A stretch of 64,000 bases of DNA from the human T2T-CHM13v2.0 reference genome, Homo sapiens, in the NCBI RefSeq assembly GCF_009914755.1, contig NC_060940.1. One strand, 5' to 3'. Each line of letters starts with the position of its first letter. The stretch's first letter is position 1. The translations under genes and the position numbers were made by a program. The notes below the pieces were generated by a model. The model had not been told where the DNA came from. It saw only the letters and a program-made list of their open reading frames with translations, and did not search any database. Below are positions 11,670 to 25,325 of the stretch, piece by piece.

Positions 11670-13010
11670 ACAGCCTCCTAACTAGTCTCACTGATTCCAC
11701 TCATGCATTCTCCACATAGTAGGCAGAATGAGTAATTTTTTCTTAAATATAATAATTGATACATAGAACTGTTGTATATTTCTTGTTTTTTTAAATTTCT
11801 GGCATCTATACCCAGTGTGATCTTTTAGAAATAACCAGATCATATTGGTCTTCAAGTGAAATACTTCAGTTGCCTCCTAATGAATTTATATAATAAATGC
11901 TCCAAAACCCATCATCCAACTTAAGGACTAGAACATGCACCTAGTAACTACCTTAAGTATCTCTGTGTCCCCTACCCCACCCTCTTTTCTTTTCCCAGAG
12001 GTAATCACTATCCTGAATGTCATCTTTATAGTTCCCTTTTACAAATACTCTTTCATCCCATCTATCGGATGAAATACATTATTATCTCAAATAATGTATT
12101 GCTTAGTTTTCTTGGTTTTGAGCTGTATAAAGATGGTATCTCACAGTACGTAGACTTGTGGGGTTGCTTTTCAAATTCATCATCTTTCTGAGATGCTCCA
12201 TGTTGTGTGGTTTTGTCCTTTCATTTCTACCATGTATATCCAGTGTGATGTTTAAAAAATAATCAGATCATATTGCCCTCCAACTGAAATACTTTGGTGG
12301 CCTTCTGTTGCATGTGGGGTAAATTCCAAACTCTTTACCTCCACTTACAATGCTCTCCATGATTTATTCAGGTACTTACAGCCCTCAAGCAGCCTCCTTT
12401 ATTCGAGGGATCTGGTTCTCTGTGCCAGACTTGGCCTGTGAATTTCAGAGCATGCTCCCTCCCACCCTCTTCCTCTGCCTCTCTCCTGTTCCTACCTGGC
12501 CTTGGTAATTCAGAGGCTTCTGCCTGCCACTCCAGGCTCTGCACTCCTTACTCCTTACACTGGCTTTCTGTTCCGACCACACTGCCCTCACTTTCTTGTT
12601 CCTCTTATATTCCCACCTCAGAGCTTTGCACAAAATGTACCTTCCACCTGGAATGCTGCTATCCCTTTGTCTTAGTCCTTTTACTGCCCCTCTACTAGGA
12701 GATCCTGCCTTCTTATCTATGTCCTCTCTCTTGACTAAGTCAAGTAGTCTGTTCAAATCTCTCATTCTCCCCTATTCATTCTCTTTAGTGTATTCAATAA
12801 AGTGTGGAACTTAATTATATTTTCTTATTTGAATGATTATTTAGTTACTGTTTGTTTTCCTTTTGGAAATCTGATGAGGTCAAACACTACCCAAGTCATT
12901 CACCACTGAACCCCTAGAACTTAGAATAGTAGTTGGCAAAAAGTAGATACTCAGAAAACATTTGTTGACTAAATACATGCTCAAATGCATAAATTAAATA
13001 ATGAATAAAT
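11670..13010 (+). mobile_element. L2 relic interrupted by an old L1ME-like fragment (~11735-12235, minus)
   Basis: L2 'CAGCCTCCTAACTAGTCTC', 'CAGATCATATTG' and 3' end 'TAGATACTCAGAAAACATTTGTTGA'; L1ME-like 'CCCAGAGGTAATCACTATCCTGAAT'. Confidence 0.65.
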
Positions 13011-14489
13011 CTGTTAATAGAAATCCGTCTAGAACTAGCATTTGTTTTAATGAGATCCAGTGCTATCGGCAGCCAAGTGTCTCAGCCTCTTCCTATCCCA
13101 AAGGGCTCAGATGTTCCCATGTCCCCACTTCTGAATTTCAGAGAGCTGCATTTGTGTCTGTTGCATGAGTCCTGTCCCCACAAAAGGCCATAATTATGTC
13201 ATGTAGCTTAAGTTGTGCTGGAGGACGCCCTTATACCAGCCCTTAGCTCCTGGAGCTCAGTGGCCTCTCTCATCTTCCCATGTGTATACCTTGAGTCGGT
13301 TTCCTCTCTCCAAGGTGCTGAATCTTCCTTTCTATTTGTGCTTCCTCTCTTTGGAAAAAGGGTGTGTGGGTATGCTGAAGGTTAATTTGGCAGAGTCTCT
13401 TACTGGAGGCTGAGATGACATTTCAGCTTTGACCTGTCAAGTCCTTGTGACTTTCCAGAAATTGATTTGGGTAATGACTTGTCATTATGAGTAATTAGCA
13501 TTTGTGGAAGTCTGAGAAAACCTGCTTTTTTTTCTTTAGAAACTTTGCTACCCTTTTGACACTTCTACTGAGGTTTCACATTTGGTAAGGGGTCAGGTAA
13601 AATCATAGAAATGAAAGGTTATCCCTGAAAGAAGTGGAAGTGTTTCTATTTCTAGATCTATCTAGGTATAATTTCCAGACTAAATCAGATTGCCATTACA
13701 CAGTTCAAGTTAAAGTTAGCATTTGTAAGTTAATATTTGAAGCAAATAAGAGAGATACAGTTTTCATTCCTTACTCAATATGCTTGACCATGCACCAAAG
13801 GGACCATGACTAATTACTGCTCCTAGGTATTCTTGCTGACTTATGAGATGTTGAAACTGGAATAAACCTTGTTCAGTCCTCTCATTTTACAGATGAAGAA
13901 ACTGAGGCCTCTCAAAAGATAATGTGACTTTGTTTTTCAATATTTAATTTATAGTTTGGAGATTGAGCCAGGTGACCTTTAAAGTTTTTTCAAAATATGT
14001 GAAGTACAGAGCAATGTGTTATAAACAGTTCAGCACTTGTAGAGATTTTCTGGGTTCACAATAGTATTTTCCTTATTTAATTCTATTACAGCAAATTCTG
14101 GCATATTCACAAATGGGCTGTCTCCATTTAAACATAGTAACTACCTTATCTGTTTTATTATCAGGGATGCATTGTGCTGGAGTCTCAATCAAGTGCCTGG
14201 AAGCTGAACGTGAAAAACAGTGCTGCCTGGATTACAGAGATACTGGCCATAAATGCATTCGTGGGCTCTCAAGAAGCATTAGGGATGCCATGAAGGAGGG
14301 GCATTTTTACTTTGTGTCCTACCAAATTCACTTAATTATACATAGCAATGAGGAAAGTGTGGGAAACAGCAAATCTGACCTTAGTGTGCCTTTGACTAAT
14401 CCAAGCTTATTGTTTGTGAGTTAATATTGTGAAATGATCCCCTGTGCATATAATGCAGTCATCTTCAAATAAAAATCTGTGGCTTCAGA

Positions 14490-14620
14490 CCTCTCTTCCT
14501 TCTTTGCTTCTTTTCTTCTCCCTTTCTTCCTTTCTTTTCTTCTTGCTCCTTCTTTCCCTTCTTCCACTCTCTCCCTCCCTTCCTTCTTGCTTTTCTCCCT
14601 CATCTCTCTCTGTCTTTTAA
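14490..14620. repeat. CT-rich low-complexity tract
   Basis: Nearly pure pyrimidine run. Confidence 0.85.
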
Positions 14621-15226
14621 ATCTTTCCATTTTTATTTCTGCATATGATGCTGGGCTTCCTTCCCTGTGGCTCCCAAACTAGAAGAGCATTTATGAACCC
14701 CTGATATAATGTAGGGCTTCCCAAAGTGGAGTGATTGCAAGATGATCCATTGCTGTCAAGAATTAGATATTCTAGTTATATTTATTGTATCTACAATATG
14801 AAAAATAAGATTTTACAAATATATAATTATATTTTTACTAATGCCACAAGTGCTATAAGATAGTGGCATGAGATCACAGATGTTTGGGTTTGGATTTCTT
14901 AGATTTGATCAGAGCAATAAGAACTTCATAGAAAGTAAAAAAAAAAAAAATGTGTAGTTCTATCCCTAGATCTGAACAACTTGCTCTGTGATCTTCACCA
15001 AAACACTCAATTTTATTATTGTAGGTTTCATGCTAGATGGAAATGGGAATAAATCAAGAGTTTAACTCTCTTCTTGCAATATGCCTTTGTACTTTTCTCC
15101 AGCTGCCAAGTCAACTATGGCTTTATGAAGCCTTCCTTCTTAGCATGTTGCAAAAGCAGGTATTCATGCCAGGCACCACGTAGTGGGGCAGAGCTAGGAC
15201 CAGCTTTTTCCATGTGAATACAGTAG

Positions 15227-15286
15227 ATGACAATGATGACGACGACGATGATGATGGTGATGATGACAATGATGTGTGTGTGTGTG
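15227..15286. repeat. Compound (GAT/GAC)n + (TG)n microsatellite
   Basis: GATGACAATGATGACGACGACGATGATGAT.. followed by TGTGTG.. Confidence 0.9.
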
Positions 15287-15529
15287 ACTAATGTGGAGTT
15301 GTGCACATCTTTATACATCTGATAAATGTTTACCTCATGTCTCTGGTATGGCACTATGTGCCAGAGACATGAGCTACAAAGATGAATAGGAATGGGTTCC
15401 ACTGTCTGGTGGTAGACACAGACAGACAGCTGCAATCGAGTGTGATAAGTTCCTCAACAGAAGTATCATGGGTGTGGCCATCACAGTGGGATTCCTAGAG
15501 GGGGTGCACAATACAATCTCCCCCAGTAC

Positions 15530-15690
15530 ACCAATGCTTTTCAAAAAATGTTGTACGTGGACCCTGGGAAACTTGCTGAATGTGCAGATTCCTGCCCCCC
15601 ACCCCAGAACTATAGAGTATAGAATATCTGAGGAGGGAGACTGGGAATATGCATTTTTGGCAAGCTCCTGGATAATGAACAAATGGTCTA
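15530..15690. mobile_element. MER5-type DNA transposon relic
   Basis: 'CCCTGGGAAACTTGCTGAATGTGCAGATTCCTG..GGGAATATGCATTTTTGGCAAGCTCC'. Confidence 0.6.
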
Positions 15691-16499
15691 ATGGAATATC
15701 TTTTAAAGTACCTGAAAAATCTACCATTTGAGCTGCATTTTTAGATCTTAGAGCCTTTTTTGGGTTGAAAAATCCCAATTTAAAGTGCAAATACAGGCCC
15801 CTGGAGGGAGACAGCCTGTGTCTTATTCTTTCTGAATGTGCCTCCCCACACTTGCCACCATGCCCAGCATCCTCTAGGTATTCAGTGATCAACGAGTGCA
15901 TAGAAAGAGTGTGCCAAGTAGTATTTTGGGGAGTAGGAGAAGAGGGAGCAGGACAGACAGCTGTGTTTAAGCAATTGGGAGCAAGTTGAGGATCCTGGGT
16001 GACAAAATAGGGCAATTTGAATGGAGAGAAGGGCCCGAAAAGAAAAATGTGAGAGAGGTGAGGAAAAACATAGCCTGTTTCAGGATGTCCAACAGCCTTC
16101 ATCAGGTGAGGCTAGAGACAATGAAGGATGGAACTTATCTTTAACTTTATATTCTATCACTTCCACCATTTTTATTAAGGTATAACATGATTTTAAAATA
16201 AGCGCATATTTTAAACTTAAGGATGAGTCTTATCAGGTTTGATATTCTGACTCCATAACCCAATAGCTGCATAACTTGGGTAAATCTTTAACTTCTCTAA
16301 AGTTTAGGTGGATGGTCTAATAAGTAGGGGTACTGATACCTGCCTGCCTCAGAGAATTATAATGATCAAATATCAGCTCCAGAAGAGCACGATTGTTGTC
16401 TGATGTTCACAGATGTGTTCCCAGCTCTTGGGACCCTGCCAGCACACTGCAGGTCCTCAAATAATGACAGATGAATGACTTCCAGTGACTTGTCTGATG

Positions 16500-16750
16500 A
16501 GGAAGCAGAATGTAGGAAGGCAAGTGTGCACTTCAGACACAAGCAGAGCTGGGTTTAGATCACAAGCCCTACCTCGGATTGCTGTGTGACCTCGGGCAAG
16601 TGACTGAGAATTCGTGACCCTTATTTCTGCGTAACATGGGAATGATCATATCTACCTTATAAGGTTGCTTGAGGACCCAAAGACAATACATGTAAAGTTC
16701 CTGGTACAGTGCGAGGCACTGAGATGATAGTCAAGAGCCGCTGTATTATT
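16500..16750 (+). mobile_element. MIR SINE relic
   Basis: 'GCTGTGTGACCTCGGGCAAGTGACT', 'AATACATGTAAAGTTCCTGGTACAGTGC'. Confidence 0.75.
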
Positions 16751-16789
16751 GGCTAGAAGCCTAAAAACCAAAGGTATAAGGAATGTAGA

Positions 16790-17132
<343 letters not shown>

Positions 17133-17475
17133 TCATGAACGGTTTTAATAACTTGATGAAAATATGACACATTTTCCAGAAAAAAATGTGCACATATGAA
17201 TATATAAAATATTGCACATCATTTTAGAGTTTATCTTGAAGCTATCCATGGACCCCTAGTCATGGACTTGTTTTGAGTCATGGTTTCATTTTTTTATATA
17301 AATACAGTACATGCTCATGGTAAAAATGCAAACAAGGCAGAAAAACACAAATTTTGAAACAACGAGTTAAACTTCCACTGTCTAGTATTAACAGTTTGTA
17401 AACATGTTTCCAGACATCTGGAATGAATGTATACATGGAGCAAAAGACAGAAATACTCTTTTAAGAATTGAATTA

Positions 17476-17793
17476 GGACAGGCGCGGGTGGCTCACACCT
17501 GTAATCCCAGCACTTTGGGAGGCCGAGGCAGGAGGATTGCTTGAGTCCAGGAGTTTGAGACCAGCCTGGACAACATAGCAAGGCCCCATCTCTACAAAAA
17601 ATATAAAAATAGTAGCCAGGTGTGGTGGTGCATGACTGTAGTCCCATCTACTTGGGAGCCTGAGGTGTGAGGATTGCCTGAGCCAGAGCGGTCAAGGCTG
17701 CAGTGAGCTGTGATTGTGCCACTGCACTCCGGTCTGGGTGACAGAATGAGAACCTGTCTCAAAAAAACAAAACAAACAAACAAACAAACAAAA
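17476..17793 (+). mobile_element. Alu SINE (AluJ-like) with (AAAC)n tail
   Basis: 'GGAGGATTGCTTGAGTCCAGG', 'GGTCAAGGCTGCAGTGAGCTG'. Confidence 0.93.
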
Positions 17794-17931
17794 GATTTGC
17801 CCTATATATACTTTAAAAAAAATAAAAATATTTAAATTTAACTGTATGAATTCAACAGATGGGAAAGAGCTGATGAGAAACTGAAGAAATTTCCTATCAA
17901 ACACTTCTTATTACAAGTATTATTAGATTCT

Positions 17932-18234
17932 GGCCCGGCGCTGTGGCTCACGCCTGTAATCCCAGCACTTTGTGAGGCAAAGGCAGGCGGATCACCTGAG
18001 GTCAGGAGTTCAAGCCCAGCCTGGCCAACATGGTAAAACCCCATCTCTACTAAAAATGCAAAAATTAGCTGGGTGTGGTGGCACAGCCTGTAGTCCCAGA
18101 TACTTGGGAGGCTGAGTCAGGAGAATTGCTCAAACCTGGGAGATGGAGGGTGCAAGTGAGCCAAGATCGCACCACTGCACTCTAGCCTGGGTGACAGAGT
18201 GAGACTCCATCTCAGAAAAAAAAAAAAAAAAAAA
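17932..18234 (+). mobile_element. Alu SINE (AluS-like)
   Basis: 'GGATCACCTGAGGTCAGGAGTTCAAG'; A-tail; TSD-like AC(A/G)AGTATTATTA. Confidence 0.95.
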
Positions 18235-18716
18235 CACGAGTATTATTAAATCCCGAAAGGATTTCTCTATGGTCAAGAAAATATATTGGGAAAGCTTTTG
18301 AATTGTTAACTCTAAAGCTGTTGTTAACTCTATTTTCTGTTTCTGTTGTTAACTCTATTTCAATTTCTGAAGTGGATTTTGACTCTAACTATGGTGGATG
18401 AGTCCCTCATCCTGCTTACGTTTTTGTGTCCCTCCTCTTGCCTCCTGATTTTTTGTTGGTTATATTATTTTCAGTTTGTCAAGGTGTTATGTCTTTATAT
18501 TCCATAGTGGAACCACAAACCTCTCAATAATTTAGTGTTTATTCTATGTTGGTGAACTCTTGTCAGATATTTTGGGTATAGCACTTGTTCTGTTTTCTAG
18601 AAAGTTGGTTTTTTGCAGGAAGAGGGTAGGTATAGTAGGTGAGAGTATCATGATATAGACACCAATTATGTTCTTTTCAAAAGGTCCAGGGAATTAAAAA
18701 TTAATGTAGAATTCTT

Positions 18717-19034
<318 letters not shown>

Positions 19035-19909
19035 GTCTAGGGCCAAGACATCCTAACCGAGATGTTAAGATGGGGTCCAATCAAATTACTTGAGGGATAT
19101 GGTAAAGGGCTGGAGCATGGGCCTACTGCTCAACCATGCAAGTTGGGCCCCAGGTCCTAGGATAAGCCATTGCCACCACATTGCCTGGAGAGGACTGCCT
19201 TGTAGACTCCGTCCTCAACCTGCTCCACTGAGTCCCTTGGCCATCCTTCAAGGACAGTCACAGGGGCCCCTGCAGCACTGGATCAAGTTTACGTCTAAAC
19301 CTCTTCCTTGCATGATGCTGCTATTCTTTTCAGGGTCGTGGTCAGTGGGGAAGGGAGATCGTCCGTCTGTTTCACAAATGCAGTAAAATATTTAAAAATG
19401 AGGCAGCAAGCCTAATCCAGCCTCTGCCACATAGGTGCTGAATTATGTATACTTGAAATAAAGGCAGAAGTAGCCATTTGGTGTTTTAGTAACATTTCGC
19501 CAGCCAGCCCTTTAGGTTTAGCTCAAGCTGTATCAGCTTCTCGTCAGCATGTCCGTGGGGAAGACCTGGCGTATGAAGTGAGGTAAGAGTGCCCGTGTGG
19601 GGAGAGGAGGCAGCCGGAGAGGTGGGCTGAGGTCACCGACGATGGAGCTCATGCTCTGCGTTTGAGGCTGCTGCTTCTCATCAAGAAGGGAAAATACATG
19701 CTGTACACTGAGGCATTTTTGCCGTGCAGCTGCATAAGCAGACAGCTCATTTTGCATGATTTATAGGACCTTTCTGCTTTGCTCTTTTTAACCTAGCTGA
19801 CTCTGTGGGAAAGAGCCCCATGCCCATGGGAATCATAACCCAGGTGTCCCTCACAATAAGGATGTCTCTGTGGACGCAGGCATCTGGAGAGGTGTCTGAG
19901 AGATCATTG

Positions 19910-20390
19910 CATCCGGTGGTCTCAGTGCTGGCTGCACTTGACAATTTCTTAAGGTGTTTTTAACAATACTGATGCCTGGGCTCCACCCCTAGGAAATTAC
20001 ATGTTATTTCTCTGTAGAAGAGACCAGGCATGTGTATGTTTAAAAGCTCCCCCTAGGCTGGGCACAGTGTCTCATGCCTGTAATCCCAGCACTTTGGGAG
20101 GCTGAGAAGGGAGGATCGCTTGAGTCCAGGAGATCGAGATCAGCCTGGGGAACATGGCAAGACTCTGTCTCTACTAAAAATATATGAATTATCCAGGCAA
20201 GGTGGCGTGTGCCTGTAGCTCTAGCTACTTGGGAGACTGAAGCAGAAGGATGGCTTGAGGCCAGGAGGCTGAGGCTGCAGTGAGCTGTGATTTCATCACT
20301 GTACTCCAGCCTAGGTGACCTGTCTTCAAAAAAAAGATAAAACCTCCCCCAACTGATTCTAAAATGCTGCCAGAGTTGAGAACCACTGAA
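19910..20390. mobile_element. MER5-type DNA transposon interrupted by Alu
   Basis: 'CCGGTGGTCTCAGTGCTGGCTGCAC..GATGCCTGGGCTCCACCCC' and end 'GTTGAGAACCACTG'. Confidence 0.75.
20056..20335 (+). mobile_element. Alu SINE (AluJ-like)
   Basis: Dimeric Alu; TSD TAAAA(G/C)CTCCCCC at 20041-20053/20338-20350. Confidence 0.93.
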
Positions 20391-22544
20391 CTATTTCAAC
20401 CCTGTCATGATACAAATAGGAAAGTGCAGCTCAGAGAGAAGGGACTTGCCCAATATCATACAGTTATGTTAGCTGTTCAGTTGGAACAAGAACCCAGTGA
20501 TTCTGGCTCCCAGCTCAATGCTCTCTGGAATACCATTGTGTCCCACTGTAACCAGTCCTTTGGAAACAGTAATTAATCTCTTCATGGGGCTCAGAAGAAG
20601 AGAACTTCAGCTTTTGCTACCAGAAAACTGTTTGTCTGCTCCTGCAGGGGGCATTTTGATGAAATGAACTTCCATTCAGAGTCCTACTGTGAGTTTGTCA
20701 AGAAATGAACAAATACTCTATCTTCCCCCATAAGAGAAATGATCAAAGAATGTCATTGTTTGAGAAAGAATTTGTGATTCCCTTGAGCTTTGAAGAGTTT
20801 ACTTAACAAATCCCGGAAGGTCTCATTTTGTCTGACCTTTGCATGGGGTATAGTGTGCAGCTGTGGAACAGAGTGAAAAGCAAAGTAGTCCCTACATCCT
20901 GATAAATTTGGTAAGTTTTTAAAATCAGATGTTGAAAGCAGGTACTTTGTCATGGTTCCTTTTTGCCTTGCATGTCAGGAAGCTCAAAGTAAAATTATTA
21001 CTTATTGTAGTACAGGTTTCTGCAATAATATTTTCAGTTTTGCTTTTTTTCAATGCCTATTTCTTTTCATTTGAATCTTGTTTATATAGGCTTAGTGTAG
21101 GCTTGGTTTTTGGTGTAAGCCACCTCAAGTCTTTTGGAAATCAGTCAGAAGTATAAATAATAAATGGTTCATAATGAGTTTGACTCAGCCATGGTCTGGA
21201 TCTCAGAGATAGCAAGCCCCAACCCACAGCATCACAGCACAGGCATGAGTGTCAGCACCTTCCCTCTGAGCTCCATCCTTGCTTGCTGTAATGTTGCTAT
21301 TTGAATTATTTGTTCTCTATTTGCTTCTTGGATAACATAGGAAACTGGGAGAAACTATTCTCTCCACCGAAGAGCTCAAATTCTAGTCCCTGCAGTCAAG
21401 CTTTTCAAAGGGGATTTCCCTTAACTCATCTGCACAAATGCCTTCCATGCCAGTGGAGGACAAAAATGAGGGTGTGGGACAGCCCGGGAGAGGAAAAGAG
21501 CTGCAGATAGAAGACAGGTGTTGGAGAGAGCTCTGTTCTTACAGCTCCAGATGCCGAGGCTGAGCCCTGTCAGGTCATAGTTACCCATTTATAAGGAGGA
21601 CACTGCCTTCTAGAATAATGACTGTTTTTCTCATTTGGAAAGTTTTTGTGCTGATTAAGCCAAAGTAAACTTCCTCTACCTTTCTTCACTGCACTTCTTC
21701 CTTGTGAATTTAGAAGCAAGGGCATAGACCTTCTTATATTTATGGTAAAGTTTTGTGAGCAAACCCAGTCTAAGAGAGGCTCCTGGCCAGAATTTTTTCT
21801 TTTTCCTTTTTTTTTTTTTTTTTTTTTTTTTGCAGTGTCATCATGGCCGGTAATAAAAGTCAAGAAGTGTTGGGGCAAGAGCAAACTCCACACTTCAAAT
21901 CCCCATTCAAAGCAGTTACTGGCTGGTCTTTACCCTCTTGGTTCCATTAATCTGGAATGACCATTAATAGCAGGCGACAGGAGCATCTGTCTTCTGGGAG
22001 GTGGAGCTGTCAGCCTAGGTAGCAAGCAGGAGAGAAAGTAAAGCCTGCGGTAGGTGTTCTTTTGTCGGTTGACTTGGTTCTCTAGTGAGGCACTCTCTCC
22101 ATATTTGTCTCAAAACCATTAAAGTGACCAATATCCTCTTTAATGAGGTGGGATCTTTGCCAAGAACAGCGAATGTGATGCTTCTGCCTTCTCTTGCAAT
22201 ACTGGGAACATGAAGCTGCTTACTGTCACGTCAATTTCTCTCCCAATCTGGTTGACAGCAGCTTCTTTGGTGAGAAAACAAGAGCACCCCTCCCTCCTCC
22301 TGCCTCTTTTACAAAGTCCTGAAAAGCAATTAAGAGTTCGTTCCTATGGATGGATGTGTTAGTGGATGTATGACAAGGATTGTGCTCTGTTAACTAAAGG
22401 TATATCATTCCTGGGACCTCATTAAAAGTGATTTTCATGTTAACTTAGATGTTTTCTTCTTGGAGTAATGAGAATGAGAGTTCTTATTACTCAGTACATA
22501 AACTGTTTACTAAGGGTGCAGCCTAGAATAAATGACATGTACTC

Positions 22545-22700
22545 TGTGAGCCAACTTGCTCTCCTATACAATGGGAATAATCACAGCATCTGGCTCACAG
22601 GGATGCTGCATGGAGATGGATTAAATAAAGCAGGCATGTAAAAGGCTTGGCAAAGTGCCTGGCACATAGTAAGTGCTCAGTAAAGGGTAGTGGTTATTAC
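22545..22700 (+). mobile_element. MIR SINE relic (3' half)
   Basis: 'GTGCCTGGCACATAGTAAGTGCTCAGTAAA'. Confidence 0.8.
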
Positions 22701-24313
22701 CTAACATGGATGGAAACGATGCCCAAGGCACTAATCTGGGAAAGCTCCTAAGAATAGAAGCAGTCAATTTTGGCAAACCAATTCCCACAGGACTTTACAA
22801 GCTTGGTTCTCAGCCTTCCACATTCTGCAGAACAGCAGCTCTGAAAACTGATATCTGATTTGCTGTGTCCACACAGCTTAGCTGAAGACACAACATGCAG
22901 CCTTAAATAGACCTAAAGAAAACTGAGGAGTGTATTAAAATTGGCCACAGAAACAAGCAGAAATCAAGCTCTATAATTAATGTTCAGCCTTCTATAGACT
23001 GGGAAGTTTAACAGGATCATCTAAAGGTCAGGAGGGGACTCAGCTAAACCCAGAGAGAGAAAAAGAAAGAGAGAGAGAGAGAAGAAAACATCTTACTGCA
23101 TGTCTACTTCCACATTAACACGAGACCTCGTGTTGGGGAATTAGAGGAATTCCAATTAAGCCCTTTCATTTTGATTTCTCATTAGATTCGTAGAATATCT
23201 GCAGAAAATTAAATCGAACGAGAGACCTCCAGCCGGGAGATTTATCCGATTTAATGTTTTGAAAGAGACTTATTATCTTGTCAGGAATAATTTGAAAATC
23301 CAAATAAGAGCAATTGAATCAGCAGAATTTAGGCCTCGAGATAACAATCACTTTGTAAGACCAACCATAGCATTTAAACAGCTCAGCCCTTCCTAACTCT
23401 GCTCCTCTCTTTCTCTGTCTTGCCTACCACCACCCACAATCTTTTGAAGACCACAACCAGAAACCACAGCAATCACGTTGAAACGAAGCCTATAACTGGG
23501 GTCTTCACCCTGTCTTTCTTTGTCTTCACTCAATGCCACTTCTAATTTGTGTGCAGACAGGCTGTAGCCTGATGACCTTGTGAAATACTTCTTCTCCCAG
23601 CCCACTGGGTGTCTTTGGCGGGCTTTATTCTCCATGAAAATAGCAGCTGACTCCTTCCTCCTCATGATCCCCTCGGATGGGTGGCTCACTGCTAGAAATA
23701 ATCATATGGATTTCAAAATAGAGTTGGGATTTTTCTTTTTAATAGCCTTCTAGCTACAGGGAGCCACAATCTTGGGAGATCTGAAGGGGCATGACATTTC
23801 ATTAACAACCAGATCATTCAGGTCAAGGTAGGAGCTGTGCTCCATCATGGCCTCCCTTGGAATCCTGGTTGAGGCTATGTAGATACTGGGATTTAGACCC
23901 ATGACTTGTGCCTTGCTCCTGAAGGGCTGGATCTCTCTGAGCATCTCCAGTTGCTCCAGGGCTGCCAGACCCTCACAGACCTTCAGCCATCTCTGCTGAG
24001 CAAGAGATGGGGGCAGGCAATGCACATTAAACTTGCCAAATCATGGTTTCACCACCTCTAGCATTTAAACAGCAAGTCTCTATGGAGAAAATATTTGGTC
24101 AGTTCAAAGCCATTGATTCTTTCCTCCTCCTTCTGCCTTACTTCTGGATATGGGGAAAGCTTTGAGTCCTCCTGGCATGGGGCTCATAACACCTGGTCTG
24201 TATGCTCTCCTCCTCCTCCCATCTTTGCTGTTGGCTGGCTCAGCTGGTCCGACGGCTGAACTGCCATTTGCTTGGGTACCACTGCCATGGCCTCTGGTCA
24301 TCAAGGTCCTACC

Positions 24314-24626
24314 TTTTATTTTGAGATGGAGTTTCGCTCCTGTTGCCCAGGCTGGAGTGCAGTGCACTCCAGCCTGGGCAACACTGCAACCTCGGCTCAC
24401 TGCAACCTCTGCCTCCCGGGTTCAAGCGATTCTCTTGCCTCAGCCTCCTGAGTAGCTGGGGTTACAGGCAAAATCACCACCACGCCCAGATAATTTTTGT
24501 ATTTTTAGTAGAGATGGGGTTTCACCATGTTGGCCAGGCTGGTCTCGAACTCCTGACCTCAGGTGATTCACCCACTTCAGCCTCCCAAAGTTTTGGGATT
24601 ATAGGCATAAGCCACCACACCCAGCC
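24314..24626 (-). mobile_element. Alu SINE (AluSq/Sx-like) carrying an internal palindrome
   Basis: Reverse Alu with short tail; TSD AAGGTCC(T/C)ACC; normal 'GCGCGAT' segment replaced by an inverted copy. Confidence 0.93.
24341..24383. repeat. Perfect inverted repeat, 21-bp arms, 1-nt spacer
   Basis: TGTTGCCCAGGCTGGAGTGCA-G-TGCACTCCAGCCTGGGCAACA. Confidence 0.97.
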
Positions 24627-25325
24627 AAGGTCCCACCCCTGATGGCCCCTCCTCCTGACCCAGGCCTCCACTGCACCAGTGGTCCTCTCTGTACTTGTGA
24701 TCTTCACAGGAGCATGTAGGAACTTCTGGGCCCCCAGGAGTCCACATACAGGACTGAAGGAGTTGGAAACGCTGCCACAGAGCCTCCTATCTGTCTGACT
24801 TTTCACTCTGAGATGCCACATCATTGCCCTGGGCCACCTTGCATATGGCCAGGTAAATGTAGTTTTTACCCAGGCTATGCCCACTGAAGCATGCTACTGC
24901 CCAACCCCCAGCTCCACAATGATCTTGACTCTCCTTTACCTGTCAGGATATTTCTGCCAATCCCAGGAAAGTGTCTACCGGATGAGGGAGAACGTGGCGA
25001 TGCATGTCTGACATTGTCACCTGACTTCTTTCCACCCTTCACTATGGTGGAAAGGCTGTTTCATCTCATACTTTTTCTCTGGAAGCCTCTTAGTCTATTT
25101 CCCAGGGCACTGAGATTTATAGCTCAGCATTAAGAGCAGAAGGGGGCATATTATGTCTACATCCTAGAGGAAACTGTGATCTGAGCCTGTCAGGCATGGT
25201 TCTTGATGTGGGAGTCTACAATGGTTGGGAACAAAATATTATTAAAACTGAAACTTACACAGATTTAATATGCCCCAAATATCTCTACTATATTTACAGT
25301 GCACCCTACCTCCTTGGATGTGATC

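Noticed and set aside
15374-16102. 242-aa minus ORF
   Set aside because: Runs through MER5 and L2-like relics; no domain or coding-like composition
24243-24260. GCTGGTCCGA resembling a Y RNA 5' end
   Set aside because: Match stops after about 12 nt; no Y RNA body or 3' stem
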